A stretch of 64,000 nucleotides of DNA, from the NCBI GenBank assembly GCA_951406725.2, contig OX597821.1, forward strand, positions 29,760,001 through 29,824,000, written 5' to 3'. Position numbers and translations under genes: made by a program. Under the pieces are notes generated by a model that was given only the letters and a program-made list of their open reading frames with translations, made no database searches and was not told where the DNA came from. This document shows, in pieces, positions 13,516 to 25,755 of this stretch; the stretch's first letter is position 1; the number at the start of each line of letters is the position of its first letter. This stretch comes from Octopus vulgaris (Eukaryota).

Positions 13516-13610
13516 CAGATTATTTTGGGACAATTGTTTCGCTATTAATGAATTAAATGTAATTTTACTCACAAAAAACTCACTTGTAGCTCCTCAGCCA
13601 AAACTATCTG
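13516..13610 (-). ncRNA. Type-I hammerhead ribozyme (inverted copy)
   Basis: Reverse complement of 13893-13987. Confidence 0.85.
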
Positions 13611-13892
13611 GATGAAATCCACTCAATCACACGCTAGATTTTACCATAACGATAAATGCACGTGTGGTTCAATTGATTACATCCGACGTTTAAATTAGTA
13701 TCTAATTCTCTCACCCTTATTAATTAATTATAATTATGCTACATTTATTTCTAAATGTAGTATTTGTTTCCGTGAAAGTTTGGCGCGCTGTTGGTAGGGG
13801 CATTTGAATTATAACGTCGGATGTAATCAATTGAACCACACGTGTATTTATCGTTATGGTAAAATCTAGCGTGTGATTGAGTGGATTTCATC

Positions 13893-13987
13893 CAGATAGT
13901 TTTGGCTGAGGAGCTACAAGTGAGTTTTTTGTGAGTAAAATTACATTTAATTCATTAATAGCGAAACAATTGTCCCAAAATAATCTG
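13893..13987 (+). ncRNA. Type-I hammerhead ribozyme
   Basis: CAGATAGTTTTGG-CTGAGGA-GCTA(42 nt)TAGC-GAAAC-AATT-GTC^CCAAAATAATCTG; intact core, GUC site after 13974. Confidence 0.85.
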
Positions 13988-14277
13988 TATTTTTGTTATT
14001 TTTTATTTGCCCTGTTCGTGTGAGCTAACAATCGTACTGACTTTCATGGGAAACATGTATTTTTGTGGTTGAAACCTTTTGGATTTACTAGTGCTAGAGT
14101 GAGCCACATAGTGACCACTCTCTTATATTTATTTTTATAAAATATTATAATATGTTATAAAATATTATAATAATCCAGGTTTCTCGGGGCACTGGGCCAC
14201 TTGGTGTTGAATAGGTATACTATTAAATTAGTATCTAATTCTCTCACCCTTATTAATTAATTATATATATATATATA

Positions 14278-14434
<157 letters not shown>

Positions 14435-14445
14435 TATATAGAAGG

Positions 14446-14496
14446 AGCTTCTACAGGACTAGAACTGTTTCATTCAAGAGAAATCTTCAGGAAGCT
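14446..14496 (-). ncRNA. Type-I hammerhead ribozyme (inverted copy)
   Basis: Left arm of the 68-bp perfect inverted repeat 14429-14496/14502-14569. Confidence 0.72.
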
Positions 14497-14498
14497 TC

Positions 14499-14555
14499 AG
14501 GAGCTTCCTGAAGATTTCTCTTGAATGAAACAGTTCTAGTCCTGTAGAAGCTCCT
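14499..14555 (+). ncRNA. Type-I hammerhead ribozyme
   Basis: AGGAGCTTC-CTGAAGA-T TTC tctt GAA T-GAAACAG ttctagtc CTGTA^GAAGCTCCT; 9-bp stem I, GUA site after 14546; stem II weak. Confidence 0.75.
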
Positions 14556-14635
14556 TCTATATAATAAATTAATTTTACTCTGCTATGTATTGAGTACCTT
14601 ATTTACTGTGGTTAACCCCGAATCAACCCGGGACC

Positions 14636-14688
<53 letters not shown>

Positions 14689-14805
14689 GGTTTAAGTAAT
14701 TGAGATTCAAGTGAATTCTAATGAATTCACATGAATATGGTCCCTAACTAGGATGCACCGGAAATCTATATGGTGTTAACCATACGACAAGTGGGGTGAT
14801 TACAA

Positions 14806-14854
14806 ATAGGAAAAAAGCAACAAGAATGGATTAATCCATTCTTGTTGCTTTTTT

Positions 14855-14859
<5 letters not shown>
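14806..14859. repeat. Perfect 54-bp palindrome ending a ~170-bp insert (14687-14859) in (TA)n
   Basis: ATAGGAAAAAAGCAACAAGAATGGATT|AATCCATTCTTGTTGCTTTTTTCCTAT, no spacer. Confidence 0.9.
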
Positions 14860-14904
<45 letters not shown>

Positions 14905-14910
<6 letters not shown>

Positions 14911-15288
14911 TATTCAAAAAGAGTTAACCGATTTCCTTACGCAACATTTCAATAAGGAAAAGCAATAGAGAACTCCAGCTAAGTCACAAGTATTTACTCA
15001 CAATCAACTTGTATTTCCTGCATTACAAGTGTTCAATGTGGCCACCACCTGCAGCACGCGTAACATGAATGCGACCAAAGAATTTCTTCCAGACGCTTAT
15101 CTGCCTGGCCTGCGAGATCCAAATACCTCACCTGTGCGATTTTTCTTGTGGGGATATGATCTTAAACATCGAATAACAACATCGATCCACGCAGTTCATC
15201 GCGACATGCTGATACGCGTCTGGGAGGAATTCTCTTATCGCATTGGTGTTACCCTTGCTGCAGGTGGTGCCCACTTTGAATAACCCTG
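14905..15288 (+). mobile_element. Internally deleted Tc1/mariner-superfamily element
   Basis: TIR (C/T)AGGGTTATTCAAA / TTTGAATAACCCTG with TA flanks; remnants of WPARS..L..CDFFLWGY and C-terminal RVWEEFSYRI...AAGGAHFE; an inverted copy of the C-terminus at ~15026-15067. Confidence 0.8.
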
Positions 15289-15507
15289 TATGTATATGTA
15301 TTTATATACACGCACTCCTGGGTGTGAGGATAAAACTGCATCCCTCTGCCAAGTCATGCCGATCTCGTGTGGCAGAGTAAGCTCATCAAACCAGTATGAT
15401 CTCAAGCTCAAATTCACGGCCTCCAATACACTCACACATGTATTTATTAATGTTTTTTTCTGAAGCGATTTTACATTCAAATAGTGGATTACATATTCTT
15501 CATTACT

Positions 15508-15691
15508 GTTCTATATTTAAGAGATGAGGAATTTTGTACATTATTTACGTTTGACGGATATTTGTTCTCATCTTGTTTGTGTTAACACAACGTTTCGGCC
15601 GCTATATCTTCCAGCCTTCATTATTTTGGGGAAATTTCAAACCTGGGTTCTCATTCCTAAGGTATTTTCGATGTTGTCATCATTATTATTA

Positions 15692-15734
<43 letters not shown>

Positions 15735-15817
15735 TATCATTATTATTATCATTATTATTATTATCATTATTATCATTATTATTATTATTATTATTATCAT
15801 TATTATCATTATTATTA

Positions 15818-15881
<64 letters not shown>

Positions 15882-16169
15882 CATTAGTCAAGTCACATAT
15901 GCCCGTGGGCATATGGCGTGGTGGTTAAGAGCGTGGGCTACTAATCCCAAGATTCCGAGTTCGATTCTAGGCAGTACCTGAATAATAACAATATAAATAA
16001 TAATAATAGTAATAATAATAATAATAGCATCAAAATGTTCCTTCGAAATGAGAAGCCAGGTTAGAAATTCCCTCAAGACACCTGATTAAGGCTGGAGGGT
16101 ATATCAACAGAAACTTGTGTTAACAACAAGCAAGATGAGGACAAATATTCGTCAAATATAAATAATGTA
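15508..16169. mobile_element. Head-to-head inverted pair of a tRNA-head / (TAA)n / hammerhead-tail element
   Basis: Centre CATATGCCC-GT-GGGCATATG; A box TGGCGTGGTGG (15914-15924) and B box GAGTTCGATTC (15957-15967); arms 15537-15675 and 16026-16169 are diverged reverse complements; degenerate HHRs at 16078-16120 (+) and 15585-15625 (-). Confidence 0.75.
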
Positions 16170-16648
16170 AAAAAAAATGTATATTCCTTATTATTTTACA
16201 AGAACGGTGTGAATTGTGTGACAGATGCTTCGAAGTTTCAGCCTTCTTAACTTACATATATGTATAGAAGAAATGTATTGACACAGATTATGAATATCCC
16301 TAATATGGCAGTGGGATGGAATACATCAGAAGACTGTTTTCATACTAGAAACATACGGTAGAGACTCAAATGTAATACAGTGAGAAGAAAAACTTCAGTT
16401 AACTAAGTAAACAGAAATGTTCATCAAGGAAGTATCCAAAATTTAAGAACAACAAACAAATGAAATAACGGTAATAATTTCCATAAGATACTGGAATAAA
16501 TATCGTTATAATTTTAAATACAACAGCATTGCAATAAAAACAGAATAAACGTAGATGTTTAATTTAACGCTATACTATATTTATACTTTACGGAGATGTA
16601 CTTACATAGCAAGTGACTTGATCTGAGATAGTGTGCTGAAACAAAATC

Positions 16649-16937
16649 AATTGCAACGTGGAAGATGTTTGCAAGCCATTTAAGAACACACAAAAACCGT
16701 TAGTTTCACTTCAACATTTAAATTTAATTTATGCCAAAATATTTTCGTCGCTTTGAAACCTCGACCGGTTCACTGACAAAACTAACTTCGTGCTGCATCA
16801 CGAAGTCTTGTCAGTGAACAGGTCACGGTTTCAAAGTGATGAAAATACTTTGGTACAAAATTAATTTAATGTTGAAGTAAAACTATCAGCTTTTGTGTGT
16901 TCTTAAATGGCTCACAAACACCTTCCACGCTGCAATT
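16649..16937. repeat. ~140-bp-arm imperfect inverted repeat (fold-back element)
   Basis: AATTGCAACGTGGAAG...ACTTCGTG ctgcat CACGAAGT...CTTCCACGCTGCAATT. Confidence 0.85.
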
Positions 16938-17275
16938 ATATTTATACTGTACTATACGATAAAACACTCTTCCTGCATTACACCAAACCTCCCAAGTATT
17001 CTAAGATACAGGAATATCTCTCAGTTACCATTCATACCTTAGCCAGTCATGTTTACAGAATAAAAGGATTCTTTGTGTTTCATATTTACGAAAAAAAAAT
17101 GGCGATAAAATGTAGAATAGTTTATTACATCAACCGTAGTACTTGACTGCTACCTTATTTTATCGACCAAGCAAAGTTCACTTCTGCAGGATTTAAACTC
17201 AGAACATAAGAGGACGAAAGAATGCCGCAAGACTTTACATCCGAAGCTGTAACGGTTCTGCCAATCAACCATATG

Positions 17276-17320
<45 letters not shown>

Positions 17321-18825
17321 AGAGATGATAATGATCATAAGTACAACAACAATAACCTCAACCACAGTATCAAAACAACGATAATAATATGAACAACACC
17401 AATACCATCAGTTACAACAGCAACAACAGCGATAACACTGCTAGTAACAACAAGAATAAACTCTGAATTATCTTAGTGGGCTATGAAAGACAAATTTGAT
17501 GACTGAAGCTGATGACGCGCATCGATGGAGAAATGCATGCCTCCTAGGGTTCGATGACGTCATTCATAGCTCAGTAATGTGTTTTCCCGCACATCATTAA
17601 TAAAGAGAATTTCTTTCTGGAGATAATTTCTACGGCACAAGTCCTTTCACGGACAAGTGTACACGAATTGTACATACTTATATATTTCAACGCTGCTTCA
17701 TTCGCTTCGTGTTAGAAGAAGTTAAAACATATAGGTTATTACAAAACTGCAGTATGTTATCTCATATTTATTCCTTGGCAGAATCGTTAGAGCAGCGGTA
17801 TTTATTCTGAGTTCAAATCGCACCGAGGTCAACTTTGCTTTTCATCCCTTGGGGTCGATGTAATCGATTTTTTCCACTCCTTAAAATTGCTGACCTTATG
17901 CCAACATTGGAAGGAATTTTTAATCCAATTTCATAGCATGAAATTGTGAACTAAGTAACACTTAGCCTCTAAATAATCATCCATATAATTCATTCAAGTC
18001 ACAGTGTAAAGAAGCAAAGTATTAGTTAAACAAGACTGTTAGCTCATACTTTACTACTCGTTCTTCATGCAGCAGGCACCCTTAGTATCTTCCCATTGTA
18101 CTCTTCCTCTCTCCCCACTCTCTCTCTCTACAGTCATGCATTATTTACACAAGCTAACGATGTACTAGAAACAATAATTATGAAGCAGCAAGTAAATGAA
18201 ATAAATACAAATCTCTATAAATCACCTAATTTACACATCACCCGAAATTATAGCGAAAGAATCCGGTATTGAGATCAATAAAAAAAATATAAATCAGTCA
18301 ACGTAAACAAAAACGTAAACAAAAACACTAATAACTATACCGTCATGTGAGGAGGAATTATGGAGAAGAATAATAAAAATAACATCAAAAGATATTTAAC
18401 ACGCAAAGAAATGATAAAAGTATTGATAGAATAAATACCAATGAGCAGGAAAAAAAAAAGTATAGTTCTATATAAGGTAAAAATAAATTTGTAAAATAAA
18501 GGGAAATAACCTACTTTGTTTAATCTGCTCCCACTCAAAAATAAACAATACAAAAGAGACAAATATACAAGTGTTAATGCAATAAGTAGGAGCAAAAGCT
18601 CATGAATGCAGAATTCGAAAGAAGAAAAATAGAGAAAGAATGAAAGAAAGAAAAAAAGAGAGAAAGAAGAAAAAAAGAAAATTCGTTCAAAGAAAAAACA
18701 AGCAAAAAACAAATAAAAAAACAAAAACTTTGGATCCGAAAAGAAAAATTAGAGTCTATTCTGAAGGTTAAACAATAAAATTATAGAATCAAGATTTTTT
18801 CAACGAAAGAAATGCTGGAATGTAA

Positions 18826-18827
18826 CG

Positions 18828-18864
<37 letters not shown>

Positions 18865-18950
18865 TGACGATGATGATGATGATGATGATGATGATACTAA
18901 TAATAATAATGATAATGATGATGATGATGATGATGATGATAATAATAATG

Positions 18951-19006
<56 letters not shown>

Positions 19007-19016
19007 AATGATGATG

Positions 19017-19084
<68 letters not shown>

Positions 19085-19088
19085 GATG

Positions 19089-19120
<32 letters not shown>

Positions 19121-19136
19121 GATGATGATGATGATG

Positions 19137-19168
<32 letters not shown>

Positions 19169-19217
19169 GATGATGATGATAATAATAATAATGATAATGA
19201 TAATGATGATGATGATG

Positions 19218-19266
<49 letters not shown>

Positions 19267-19289
19267 TCATGATGATGATGACGATGAAG

Positions 19290-19333
<44 letters not shown>

Positions 19334-19349
19334 GATGATGATGATGACG

Positions 19350-19396
<47 letters not shown>
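18826..19396. repeat. Compound (AAT)n/(GAT)n microsatellite
   Basis: Direct inspection; it produces the spurious poly-N/D/I ORFs. Confidence 0.95.
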
Positions 19397-20294
19397 TTGG
19401 GATGGTGTGTAAAAACAATAATAAAAGACATGCATGAAAGTGAGGAAATTTTCACGCTATCGACAACCCACGCAACGAAATGGTGGAAATATTTAAAATA
19501 TTCTGCTAATTCTATATCCGTACATTAGTGAATGATACTGGTACGGATTTAGGTATTATTTGAAAGGAAAAAAATATATATGAAAGTGTGCTTTATATAT
19601 TAGATTATGATTATTATTTTAAAGGTTATTATCTTAAAACAATAGAATGTTTTACAGTTTGAGAGATTCATTACAAAAAACTGAGCCGAAGTGAGCACAA
19701 GATACATATCGACTGAGACTTGACGTTTCGCCTGACGGTTTATTCAGCCAGACTATATCTAAAGATTGCTAGATTTTGGCTATATTTCGATAACGTATTT
19801 CTCGAAGACTTCCTTACCCACAATGCGAGCTGCTAATATAATTGCTGGTATATTCGTCGGAGTCGGTGTTATTTTTGCTTTTGTTGCTGTTTTTGTTACT
19901 GTAGTGATTTTGTTGCTTATTCCCGCAACAGCCTTGATTGAGCAGACATATTGTCAGTGACATTCCAGAATTGGCCATCCCATGTTTTAGATTTTTTGAT
20001 ACTATGTATTTACGATAACATTATCTAATGTGTCCTCCCCTTTTTAAGAAGGTAAGATATAGCATAAGGTAGATTTAGTTGCTACTTTTAGTTAATTGAG
20101 CGGCTATATAGAGACCAAGACTCAAACCTGAAATATGATTACAAAGCATGTTGGTAATATGATTGATTAACCTTGGTCAATGTTTCATATCAAAAGCGTT
20201 CGGGCAGGTGACATCCTGTCATGGACTTCATTATGTACCGCCATTCTTTTTCAAGAATTAAAATATAATTCAAAGGAGGTTTGGTGGTTATTGG

Positions 20295-21640
20295 TTTCAA
20301 ATTTTGGCACAAGGCTAGCAATTTCCGAGGAGGGAGTAAATCGACTACATCGACCCCAGTACGCGACTTGTACTTATTTTATCGAACCCGAAAGGATGAA
20401 AAGCAAAGTCGACTTCGACGGAATTTGAACTCAGAACGTAAAGACAGACGAAATGCCGCTAAGAATTTAGCTCGGTGTCCTAACGGTTCTGCCTGCTGCC
20501 CGCTTTTGCTATGCCCAAAACTGAACGTATATACATATTCAAAAATTAGTATCAGACTTTCCTCTGTAGTTTCAGACTTTTTTCTATGCTTAATATTAAT
20601 TTCAAATTTTGGCACAATGCCAGCAATTTCTGGTGAGTGGGTATGTCGATTACATCGATCCCGGTACGCGACTGTTACTTTTTTCATCGACCCCGAAAGG
20701 ATGAAAGGTAAAGTCGACCTTGGAAGAATTTGAAGTCAGAACGTAAAAACAGACGAACTGTCGCCAAGAATTTTGCCCGCGGGCTTACGATTCTGTCAGT
20801 ACGCCGCCTTGGGTTTGGTTGTTATTACTAGCAGTTTGAGTATAGAGGCCAAGATTAATAATGCAAGAAGGATTAGGTGTCAATAGTATTATTGTTGTTA
20901 CTTAATCTTAGGTCAGCTATGTTTGGCGAGACATAATCACGATTGCTCCAGAAGAGACCATCACGTGTATCTGGAGTTTCATTATCACCCCTCTTCTAAA
21001 CAAATAATCAAGGACAACAGTATGTAATATATTCTTCCTTTTTGAGGGACAGTATATAAATTAATGGAAATCTGGCTGTCATTTTTAGCAGGCTGAGAGA
21101 CATGAGTCACCCAAAATTAATGTTAAAAGAATTAACACAAAAGTGTCAGAATAATATATTTGCTGTTGTTGTTTTTTTGTTGTTGTCTAACTCTAGATCA
21201 ACCCTAGTTGGCTAGAAAATATGGAGGGACCATTGTCTATCTAGGAATACATTATATAATGTGTTATTCTTTTGTAAAAAAAGGTAATCAAGAACATATT
21301 GTTATGCAATATGTCAATGGTTTTCAAGAAATACATTATAATTGAAGGCGAATTTGGCTGTAACTTCTAGCCAACCAAGAATAATGCCAGAAGGATTAAC
21401 AGAAAATCTGTCTGTCAGGATAAAATTGGTTTCAAATTTTGATACAAGACCAGCATCTTATGAGGAGGGGTAAGTCAATTACATCACCCTCAGAGCTCAA
21501 CTGGTACTTATTTTACCGACCTCGAAAGGATGAAAGGCAAAGTCGACCTCGGCAGAATTTGAACTCAGAACGTAGAAACAGACGCAATGTCGCAAAGTAT
21601 TTTGCCCGACGTGCTAACAATTCTGCCAGCTCGCCGTCTT
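20295..21640 (-). mobile_element. Three older Meta-like SINE copies (about 20295-20500, 20600-20810, 21430-21640)
   Basis: Each contains GAAAGGATGAAA(A/G)G(C/T)AAAGTCGAC...GAATTTGAA(C/G)TCAGAACG. Confidence 0.8.
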
Positions 21641-22452
21641 GTCTGTCAGGATAATATTGCTGCAATTGTTGTGTAATTCCAGATTAATGCTGGTTGAGCT
21701 GAAAATATTATCAAAGTTATTTCATGAGAGACTGTCAAGTGTTTCTGGAATTATATTATCTAATCTGTCTTTTCTTTTTAAAAAGGCATGGTGTAACATA
21801 AAGGAAATTTGGCTGCTATTTTTATCAGGCTTAGACATCATTCAGAGTCTCCATTGTGATATCGGGCCGGTAATATAATCTTATAATGCAAACAGAAGTA
21901 CATTACTACCTACAGTAGACAGACATGATTGAAAAACATCAAAGTGTGAATAACATTTAGTTCAGGGGAATATCATTATAATAGGAGAGTGTAAAGACCA
22001 GCTCTCAGTATATATAAATAGAATTATATTTGTAGATTTAGTTTTGATCTTAATCACCAATCTCCTCCGACTACATGAACCATATAAATGGTATGAAACA
22101 ATATTTAAATGAAAATCTAAAGAGCAGATTCCAAGCACAGAACCCAAAATTAGATACGCACACAAATACATACGCAAACACATTCTCAGACATTGACACA
22201 CATATACACACAAATTAATATAAGTCTACATACATACATACACTTAGACACAAATATACAGGATAGGCCCAAAAATCACGCACCAATACATGATTACTAT
22301 TCGGCATTTAGTCTGTCTGCGCGTTCTGACTTCAAATTCCGCCGAAGTCAACTTTACCTGTCATCTTTTCAGGGTCGATAAAATAAGTACCAGTTGATTT
22401 AATAGAATCACCCACTTCCCCCAACTCGCTGGCCTTGTGCCAAAATTTGAAA

Positions 22453-23166
22453 TCATTATCATCATTACTATTTTCTCTTTATCACGGGTTTTGTTGGAGC
22501 TCCTGGAGTCTTGTATGCGTAGCTGGCTTACTACCTGCAAGCTACGGTACCATGCTATTCATTCTTTTCAGCTATCTAATACTGTCTTGATTATTCTGGC
22601 TGTGGCAAGGAGACACACCTTTTGTAACAGTTCTTCTGGGCACTCTATTCCAGTTACCTTTATATCCCTCTTGATGCCTTCTGATACTGTTCCCAGGGAC
22701 CCAACAATAATTGGCACTATTTTCACCTTTATTTTTCATAGCTGGGCTATTTCGTACTCAATTTTTTTTTCGTTTTCCTTCTTGACTATTTGTGGGTCGA
22801 AGGGGCATGCAACATCAACTATATAGCATATGTGGTGCACCATGTCCACCACCACTACGTCCGGTCTATTATGCTCTAGTACCTGATCTGTTTGAATTTG
22901 GAAAACCCAGAGGATTTTGCTAGTCTCCGTCTTGCCTATCTCTAACTCCCACTTTCCGCAAGTTTCCAGTGGAGCACTTTCGCTATCTCGTCGTGTCGCC
23001 AAAACTTGTAATGGTTTTGGGCAAGTCTAACGCATTCGTTCGTGATACGGGCAATGGTTTCATCCACTCTATTGCAGATGCGACACTGCGGAGACACTTG
23101 CTCATTCCTTAGGTTGACCCTCCGGTTCGTGGCCAGAGCTTGGTCCTGCGTTCCCAGTATAGGGCT
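22453..23166 (-). mobile_element. 5'-truncated R4/Dong-clade non-LTR retrotransposon (zinc knuckle, restriction-like endonuclease, 3' UTR)
   Basis: QDQALAT...CRIC...ETIARITNEC..LA...RHDEIAKVLHWKL; RPDVVVVD...IVDVACPFD; IVPIIVGSLG; flanked by TAA-type repeats at both ends, as known for Dong. Confidence 0.85.
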
Positions 23167-23249
23167 ATTATTATTATTACAAGCTGGACCCATGAAAAAT
23201 TCACCGAATATATTAAAAATGTAAGTATCTGTAAATTGTGTGCTGATGT

Positions 23250-25190
23250 CATGAGAAATGTAGATTTTTCGGAACAAATCGCCCATGTACAATCGCCTAA
23301 GAAAGCCTTCATGGATGACGTGACACTTCTAGCTACAGATAAACAAATCATGCAGAATGCCTTTTGAGATTAGACGAACGTGTAAGGTGGTCAAGGATGC
23401 GATTTAGAGCAAAAAAGTCGCGTAGTCTGACATTTGTTAAGGGAGTGCAGAAAGAATTTAAATTTCGAATATCGGAAGAAAGCATTCCAACAGTCAAGGA
23501 AGAGCCCGTCAAGAGCTTGGGACGAGTATACGCTGGAACATTGTCAGATAGAAGTCGTGGGATTGAAATTATGAAACAGGCCGAGGCTGGTTATCAGCGA
23601 TTGATGTTTCGAAGTTACCAGGTAAATATAAAATTTGGTGCTTGCAGTTCGGCCTGTACCCGCGACTTGCGTGGCCACTTTTAATATACGAAGTAGCATT
23701 GTCACGAGTTGAAAAGATCGAACAAAAATGTAATGTGTTCATTAGAAAGTGGCTAGGTCTACCTCGTATGTTGAACAGCTCAGCTCTTTATCGTAAAAGA
23801 GGTTCGTTGCAGTTACCAATAGCATCAATAGTCGAAATATATAAGTTGGGGAAGATACGGACGGTCATGATGCTGAGAGAATCGAAGGATATGGAAATCA
23901 GGCGTAACCCACCAGAGGTGAAAACAGCCAGGAAGTGGAAAGCAGAAGCAGAAACTGACAACATCTTGTCTTCTCTTACACACAGAGATATGGTGGGAGC
24001 AACGCAGAACCATCGGAAAGGATTTGGTTTTGGCGCGGATCAGTTCAGACCGTTTGCAAGCATGATGCCGTGTGAACGCAGATCTGTTGTTAGCAACAGC
24101 GTCAAAACAAGAGAAGCAGAGAGAAGAGAGCTTCATTTGATCCGATGTGTTCATCAAGGTCAGATGACGAGATGGGAAGAACATGTTGTTGAGAGGAAGA
24201 TAAGTTGGGATGAGATGTGGAAGTGGACAACATCTCGGCTGAGTTTCCTGATTCGTTCATCTTATGATGTTTTGCCATCACCTACGAATCTAGTAAGATG
24301 GAACGTCTTAGAGAATGACGTCTGCAAATGTGGAAAAGTCGGTACACTAAAACATATTCTTTCCAACTGTTCGTTAGCATTGAACAGGTACACATGGATG
24401 CACAACTTGGTCCTTAAGGTTATCTTCAATGCTATAAAGAATCAAATTCATCTCAACAACACTGAGGAAAAATCGTTAAAAGTACCATCAAGAGAGTTCA
24501 TTACCTTCGTGCGACCAGGTCAGCAGATCCGTTTCAAGAAGAAGACCAAGAAACTTCCTGAGAAAAATGAAAAGTGGAACGACTATTGGGAGGTAACTGC
24601 AGATTTACCTGGGTGCCAGGTTTTCTTTCCCATCCCAGTTTCGAAAAAACCAGATATTTTGATGTGGTGTGAAAGAAAGAAAGTTTTAAATATAGTCGAG
24701 CTAACGGTTCCTCACGAAGATAATATGGACGCCGCTCGAGCTCGAAAATTAAACCGTTATGAAAACCTCCTCGAGGAATATGAAGACGCAGGCTGGAAAG
24801 CGGAACATTTTCCTATCGAAGTCGGATGTAGAGGGTTTGTAGGACACAGCGTGAGACGACTGTTGTTATCGTTAGGCCTAACTCATCGTAAAGTCAATAC
24901 CACCATGACTGATATCCAATCTACAGTGGAGAAGGCTAGCCAATGGATTTGGTTAAAAAGAGACGATGAGCGATGGCTAGAAGTATATTGAGTTCATCAT
25001 AACCAGCTGATCTAGCAAGCGGGGCCTCATATCAGTGAGGGGTCCGGTGCGCATTGATGCCGTCGAGAGGTAGGCCCCGAAACGGCGCGCATTCTCTCCT
25101 GATGACCCCATACACTTGCTAGCTTCCGATATTTTAACTGGTAGCTTCCGAGCTTTTAACTGGTAGCACTTGCATGTGCAAGTTGTTTGC
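23250..25190 (+). mobile_element. 5'-truncated HERO-like non-LTR retrotransposon
   Basis: AFMDDVT (RT core), KKSRSL, IPTVKEEPVKSLGR, KIWCLQFGLYPRLAWPL, RKWLGLP, CCHC (CKC...HILSNC) and RLE (KPDI...IVELTVP..K..Y..PIEVGCRG). Confidence 0.88.
23642..24991 (+). pseudogene. Open C-terminal 449 aa of the retrotransposon polyprotein (RT thumb, zinc knuckle, RLE endonuclease)
   Basis: Uninterrupted ORF; continues upstream through two 1-bp frameshifts near 23365 and 23591; N-terminus missing. Confidence 0.85.
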
Positions 25191-25399
25191 AAGATATATA
25201 TTGTGACAACTACAGAATATACAAAGAAGTATAAAACCGATAACTATATAACCCAACCAAGATATCTCAGTTACGCAAACGTAAACGGAATTACTATTTA
25301 GCCTGAAAATGCATCGCACATATTCAAAGAACGTTCTTGGTTTAGTGGTACGGAACATTCTTCTGGTATTCTTCTGGTATTCACACACACACACACACA

Positions 25400-25642
25400 C
25401 ACAGTCATTTGACGGTGGCCATGCTGGAGCGCCACCCTTTAATCGAAGAGATCGACCCCTAGATTCATTCTCTGAATACCTAGAGCTTCTTCTATCAGTC
25501 TCTTCTGCCGAGCAGCTAAGTTACGGGACACAAACACACCAACATTGGTTGTCAAACATGGTGGTGGATGACAAACACAGGCACACAGAAATATCACACA
25601 TACACACACACACACATATATATATATATATGTATGTATGTT

Positions 25643-25678
<36 letters not shown>

Positions 25679-25755
25679 ACGGGCTTCTTTCAGTTTCCGT
25701 CTACCAAATACACTCACGAGGATTTGGTCGGCCCGAGACTATAGTAGAAGACACC
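25400..25755 (-). mobile_element. 5'-truncated CORE-like SINE with internal (CA)/(TA) microsatellite
   Basis: GACGGGCTTCTTTCAGTTTCCGTCTACCAAAT...CTATAGTAGAAGACAC matches 36105-36505. Confidence 0.8.

Larger units (their letters stand above)
13374..14265. mobile_element. Fold-back non-coding element: ~317-bp inverted arms plus a 42-bp direct repeat, one hammerhead per arm (Penelope pLTR/retrozyme-like)
   Basis: Arms 13374-13690 and 13813-14130 differ at about 2 positions; direct repeat 13691-13732 = 14224-14265; flanked by (TA)n. Confidence 0.85.

Noticed and set aside
15907-15981. tRNA gene
   Set aside because: A and B boxes are present but the acceptor stem does not form; it is an element head. 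The same applies to 5016 and 39905.
25075-25110. GAAAC...CTGATGA in the HERO 3' UTR as a permuted hammerhead
   Set aside because: The would-be stem II strands (CCCC and CCCC) cannot pair.
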